Source of the DNA: a virus
Taxonomy: Duplodnaviria > Heunggongvirae > Uroviricota > Caudoviricetes
Virus record (IMG/VR): IMGVR_UViG_2690316166_000024
Strand: one strand, 5' to 3'
Length of the DNA stretch: 10,558 bases
In this document: piece after piece, positions 7,043 through 10,558 of the stretch
Numbering within the stretch: position 1 is the first letter of the stretch
Layout of the letters: every line of letters begins with the position of its first letter
Notes under the pieces: generated by a model
Database searches by the model: none
Told to the model about the DNA's origin: nothing
What the model saw: the letters and a program-made list of their open reading frames with translations, nothing else
Position numbers and translations under genes: made by a program

Positions 7043-8461
7043 ATGACATACGCACTGATTGATAATTCAACTCTAACTGCAGTCCAAAGAATCGAGGGGA
7101 AAGTAAAAACAAGATCGAAGGACTCAGTAGATACAGACATAATAGCATTTGAGAACTATATACAGTCTATTTTGTTCTATGATCACGTTATCGCGGTTGA
7201 TGATTATATTCCAGAGTACCGTGGGAGTAGGATTTCAAGTTTCAGAGAGATATTATTTCTTGATAAAGCACAATATGGGTTGGATGAAATTGAAAGTGAA
7301 GCAAAAAAAATATCTGATGCATTGAAACCTAAAATTCGTGGTGGAACATTTGTTAATGACGATTTTAAAAAACTAATTGAACTTCTTCAGACACATATCA
7401 TATGTACATGGGACATTAGTTCAAGTGTTTATCATCTAACACTGAAGAACTTATCTGATGGAGGTAAGGAGTTTGAAAAATATGGTAACATTGCTGCTGC
7501 CATTTTTTCAGAACTGCGTGATGCTGCTGAGTCTGGTAATAGAACAAATGGCGATGTTGAACTTCTCGATCGATTTGGCAACCCTATTCGCAAGGGGTAC
7601 AAAGTTCCCGGAGCAAAATGGGGGGATGGCACATCTGCTGGTGAAGCATCAGATGCAATCAAAGCATTCGTGGCTTCGCTTGTATGGCTGGCTAATCGGG
7701 CAGTATTTTATTCTCTCACAGCTAAGTACCTTCAAGCAGATACTTTTTTATATCCATTACGTCAGGCGTATCAACAGACATATTTAAGCCAAAACTGTCA
7801 GTATGGTTTTGACTATGCTAAACATATTGTAGAAAACTTTTCCACTTCGTTAAGTCATGATCTCATTGATATTCATTCTGGTGGTAAAGCTGTAGCAACA
7901 GCAACTTCGCTTCCTTTATTTTCGGCATGGCTCGCAAAAGAAACTGGTGATCCAAGTTGTATTGTTGAAGCTGCTTATAACATAAGGGACAACAACGAAT
8001 TTGTAAGGGCCCGTGAGAAAATGCGAGAAATAAAGCGCTTGTTTGATGAAAATGAATTGCCTCAAGCTAATAAGTCAGTAAGAGCATTGCTTACTGAAGT
8101 ATCGAAAGAATCAGATTATATTCGAACTAAGTATGGGCTCAAGACTAGACAAGGTGTACCTGTAACTAAGCTTGTACATGTATACAATACTGTTGCGGCT
8201 ATTAATTCCCTTCCGAAACTACCGACCTTTAATTTTAAAGTTAAAGTTCCTGATTTCTTATATGATCTTAAAAAACCCAAGGGGTTTCGTGCTCTCTATC
8301 GAAATTTGACTAATGATCTTTCTACTGTGTGGTCGTTAGGAGAAGCTCGAGATATTCTTGGAAGTAAAGTTGTGATAGATAATCATGCAAGAATTTACAG
8401 TCCGAAGCATGAAGAACCGCGTTTCAAAAACTCTCATTCCCCATATAAGAGCCCGATGTAG
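7043..8461 (+). CDS. Hypothetical 472-aa protein; cargo (moron) gene at the Z/fun-position hotspot between G and FI; candidate anti-phage defence or superinfection-exclusion protein
   Basis: Long uninterrupted ORF on the strand opposite to all phage late genes, with a good SD and ATG and a strongly AT-rich composition against GC-rich neighbours. No transmembrane segment, Walker A motif or other signature I can recognise by eye. The only hint is an R-x5-H (HEPN-like) motif at residues 450-456 near the C-terminus. Homology to P2 fun(Z) cannot be judged without a search. Confidence 0.85.
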   Translation: MTYALIDNSTLTAVQRIEGKVKTRSKDSVDTDIIAFENYIQSILFYDHVIAVDDYIPEYRGSRISSFREILFLDKAQYGLDEIESEAKKISDALKPKIRGGTFVNDDFKKLIELLQTHIICTWDISSSVYHLTLKNLSDGGKEFEKYGNIAAAIFSELRDAAESGNRTNGDVELLDRFGNPIRKGYKVPGAKWGDGTSAGEASDAIKAFVASLVWLANRAVFYSLTAKYLQADTFLYPLRQAYQQTYLSQNCQYGFDYAKHIVENFSTSLSHDLIDIHSGGKAVATATSLPLFSAWLAKETGDPSCIVEAAYNIRDNNEFVRAREKMREIKRLFDENELPQANKSVRALLTEVSKESDYIRTKYGLKTRQGVPVTKLVHVYNTVAAINSLPKLPTFNFKVKVPDFLYDLKKPKGFRALYRNLTNDLSTVWSLGEARDILGSKVVIDNHARIYSPKHEEPRFKNSHSPYKSPM

Positions 8462-8499
8462 CTTAAGAAAAAGACACGCCCACCTTGTGCGTCTACTTC

Positions 8500-8541
8500 T
8501 GGCACAGAGCGGACTCTCAGATTAGGCTTTACTCTGTGCCA
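8500..8541. repeat. 10-bp perfect inverted repeat TGGCACAGAG / CTCTGTGCCA separated by 22 nt, between convergent cargo gene and gene G
   Basis: Seen directly: 8500-8509 is the reverse complement of 8532-8541. Lies 39 nt after the cargo stop and 35 nt after the G stop on the other strand. No U-tract follows, so it is not a canonical intrinsic terminator. Confidence 0.5.
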
Positions 8542-8575
8542 TAGATATGTAAGCTCACACCAGAGCTCATACAAC

Positions 8576-9103
8576 TTATTGCGGCATTTCCGGCCATTCA
8601 GGATTTGCAGGATCCACACGACTGACCAGAACACTGTAGCGTTCCCATGCCTCCAGTCGACTGCGCTCCTCATCTGTTGCCATATTCAGCCTGACAGCGC
8701 GCTCCAGCGGCAAAATCACGGATTCAGCATCTGCAAGAAGTCTGGCTTTCCGATTTTCTGCCTGCTGCTGCAATTCCTCTGCCGTATAAATTCGTTTAAT
8801 CACTGTACAGTCCTTAAACATCCAGTTCCCTGAAATGTCCGCCCGTCGGTTAGCAGTAATATCCGGCACTTCAACAACACTTAATCCATCCGGTCTGATA
8901 GCTGTCACATCCTTTTCCACATAGCGGATAATATTATCTTTGTCGTACGCTATTTTTATCGTGTCATCAGCAAAATACTTTTGTTCTTCGTACCAGTTCT
9001 TACCATCTTCTGAAAAAAACCAGACAACATCAAAGTCCTTTGTCAATTGATATTGTTCAACCGTTTTTGGATTACCTGCCGTTATATTTATCAAATGCTG
9101 CAT
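8576..9103 (-). CDS. G: Tail fibre assembly protein gpG
   Basis: 175-aa [43 protein letters not shown]..., recognised as P2-type G. Starts 3 nt after the H stop. Confidence 0.92.
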   Translation of the reverse strand: MQHLINITAGNPKTVEQYQLTKDFDVVWFFSEDGKNWYEEQKYFADDTIKIAYDKDNIIRYVEKDVTAIRPDGLSVVEVPDITANRRADISGNWMFKDCTVIKRIYTAEELQQQAENRKARLLADAESVILPLERAVRLNMATDEERSRLEAWERYSVLVSRVDPANPEWPEMPQ

Positions 9104-9106
9104 AAA

Positions 9107-10558
9107 TTATACCTGTGCCACGTTATACCAAGTCCCGTTAATGTATTTCTGCACCGGTCTGTAATATACGCCACCAATGTTATCGGCAGAGTTTGAGCCG
9201 GTATCCTGAACAATAATGCCGGAATATACACACCCGGACGGTGCCTGATGTGTCCATGTCATACCATTGTTCGCAGGTTTGTATGTGGCAGCACCACCAA
9301 GCCGGATATCCCGGACATAGCGTGAATCAAAGTTGCCATAGTTAGATGGTGATACCTGCCCGTTAACAGCAAAAGTGATGCTGTTATCTGTATTTCTCTG
9401 ACTGTAAAAATGCCAGCCTGCATCATCACCTAATTCAGCCACCACAGGACGACTTGAGTTTCCCCACAAATTGAATGCGGCTTCCTTCGTGGATGTATTG
9501 CTGCTGCTGACCGTGAACTTTTTCCCGCTACCGGCACGTACTTTGGTACTTGAGACAATATCACCTGTAACACTCAGGCCATGCCCCATTGACACTCCGC
9601 CATTGGCGTTATTGATAGTCAGCGGTCTTAAGCCGTTCCATGTCCCAAATTTATCGCCAGAGGCCGTCAGCATTAAATATGTGCTGCCGCCATCATTCCT
9701 GATAAAGAATCCATAATTGCCATAAGCAATGCGCAGACCATTAGCACTGAGTGATGTAATTTCACCTCTTGAACGGAGACCATAAGCGGAGCTGAGTGAT
9801 AATTCTTCCTGAGCGTCATTGTTTCCTGTCGCCCAGCGAATTACCCCGCCCTGAACTGTTTCATGCCAGATAGTATCTCCTTCTCCACCACGAAACTTTC
9901 TGAGATATTTTTTGCCGCCTCTGGTGCCTGAACATAAGGCCGTAGACATATAGGCATTCTGGCTTCCGCCATCCTGATTAATCGTTCCGGTCATTGAGTC
10001 GCCCTGACGATTCCAGTCACGACGCCAGCCGGGGGAGTAGCCGTCCCCATGATTTATGTAAGTGAATTGCGCGCTGGTTGTACCGCCACCGCTTGATGTT
10101 GTTGGCGTGGTCACTCGGATAGTGATTGCAGATTTAGTTCCCATGACCTCGACGACACAACCAGCCAGGTGGATATCACCACATCCGGTATCCGTAATGA
10201 TTTTGTTATTTGCATATGACCAGGAGCCTTTGCACATCCAGTACGGATGATTAAATGCACCACGGGAATCCAGCCATTCAATAAACTGAGCGGTTGTCCA
10301 GTTTCCGGCTTCAGTGCTCAAAGCGCCGCTATAAGCACGACAGGCACCGATATTTTTCGTGAAGGTATCCTTTCCCGGAATATCCGCACCGTTCTGATCT
10401 TTCTGAAGACGTTTTTCAGCATTGTCATAGGCAGACTTCACTGCTTTTGGCGTTGCGGCCAGCGTTTCAGAATCGCTGTTGATGGCACTACTTAGCTGGA
10501 CAAGACCTTTTCGCGCTGTGGTGGCATCCTGTGCAGTGTATTTCCCGTTAGCAAGGTC
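9107..10558 (-). CDS. H: Tail fibre protein gpH (partial; N-terminus lies beyond the window)
   Basis: The minus-strand frame is open to the window edge: complement of 10501-10558 reads DLANGKYTAQDATTARKGL..., continuing into ...LVQLSSAINSDSETLAATPKAVKSAYDNAEK..., a tail-fibre repeat region recognised from P2 H. The track's Met at 10441 is internal. Stop is complement of 9107-9109. Confidence 0.88.
   Translation of the reverse strand, partial: DLANGKYTAQDATTARKGLVQLSSAINSDSETLAATPKAVKSAYDNAEKRLQKDQNGADIPGKDTFTKNIGACRAYSGALSTEAGNWTTAQFIEWLDSRGAFNHPYWMCKGSWSYANNKIITDTGCGDIHLAGCVVEVMGTKSAITIRVTTPTTSSGGGTTSAQFTYINHGDGYSPGWRRDWNRQGDSMTGTINQDGGSQNAYMSTALCSGTRGGKKYLRKFRGGEGDTIWHETVQGGVIRWATGNNDAQEELSLSSAYGLRSRGEITSLSANGLRIAYGNYGFFIRNDGGSTYLMLTASGDKFGTWNGLRPLTINNANGGVSMGHGLSVTGDIVSSTKVRAGSGKKFTVSSSNTSTKEAAFNLWGNSSRPVVAELGDDAGWHFYSQRNTDNSITFAVNGQVSPSNYGNFDSRYVRDIRLGGAATYKPANNGMTWTHQAPSGCVYSGIIVQDTGSNSADNIGGVYYRPVQKYINGTWYNVAQV

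Larger units (their letters stand above)
1..10558 (-). mobile_element. P2-like prophage, late tail-gene region (partial; extends beyond both window edges)
   Basis: Collinear minus-strand gene order H-G-[cargo]-FI-FII-E/E'-T-U-D-ogr, with ORF lengths and recognisable protein sequences matching phage P2 late genes as I recall them. No integrase or att site lies in the window, so prophage boundaries cannot be placed. Confidence 0.9.

Noticed and set aside
7432-7787. ORFs 7432-7662 (minus) and 7458-7787 (plus) inside the cargo gene
   Set aside because: Nested in or antisense to the 472-aa ORF, which is far longer and has proper start signals.
8434-8833. ORFs 8434-8673 (minus) and 8579-8833 (plus) overlapping gene G and the intergenic inverted repeat
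   Set aside because: Overlap the well-supported G gene in other frames or on the antisense strand; no start signals.
9471-10495. Plus-strand ORFs inside tail fibre gene H (9471-9716, 10062-10250, 10247-10495)
   Set aside because: Antisense shadow ORFs within H.
1-10558. CRISPR arrays, tRNA or rRNA genes, IS elements or transposases, integrase or att sites
   Set aside because: No regularly spaced direct repeats, no tRNA-like cloverleaf candidates, and no transposase or integrase-like ORFs were seen. The window is tail genes plus one cargo gene.

Overview
This window is the late tail-gene block of a P2-like (Peduovirus) prophage, entirely on the minus strand and in P2 order: tail fibre H (5'-truncated by the window edge), tail fibre assembly G, then sheath FI, tube FII, chaperones E and E+E' (programmed -1 frameshift), tape measure T, U, D and the zinc-finger late activator Ogr. 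ORF lengths match what I recall for P2 itself (Ogr 72, D 387, U 159, T 815, E 91, E+E' 142, FII 172, FI 396, G 175 aa). The main item of interest is a visibly AT-rich island (about 6633-8575) between G and FI carrying one plus-strand 472-aa ORF (7043-8461) with its own promoter-like signals and a good Shine-Dalgarno. This is the position of the Z/fun moron in P2 and a known hotspot for anti-phage defence cargo in P2-like prophages. I cannot assign the protein to any family by eye; it may be P2 fun(Z) itself, an allele of it, or a different single-gene defence candidate. A 21-nt N-run at 934-954 splits gene D; it is flanked by an 8-bp direct repeat and looks like an assembly join rather than a real disruption. 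No rRNA, tRNA, CRISPR array or transposase is visible.
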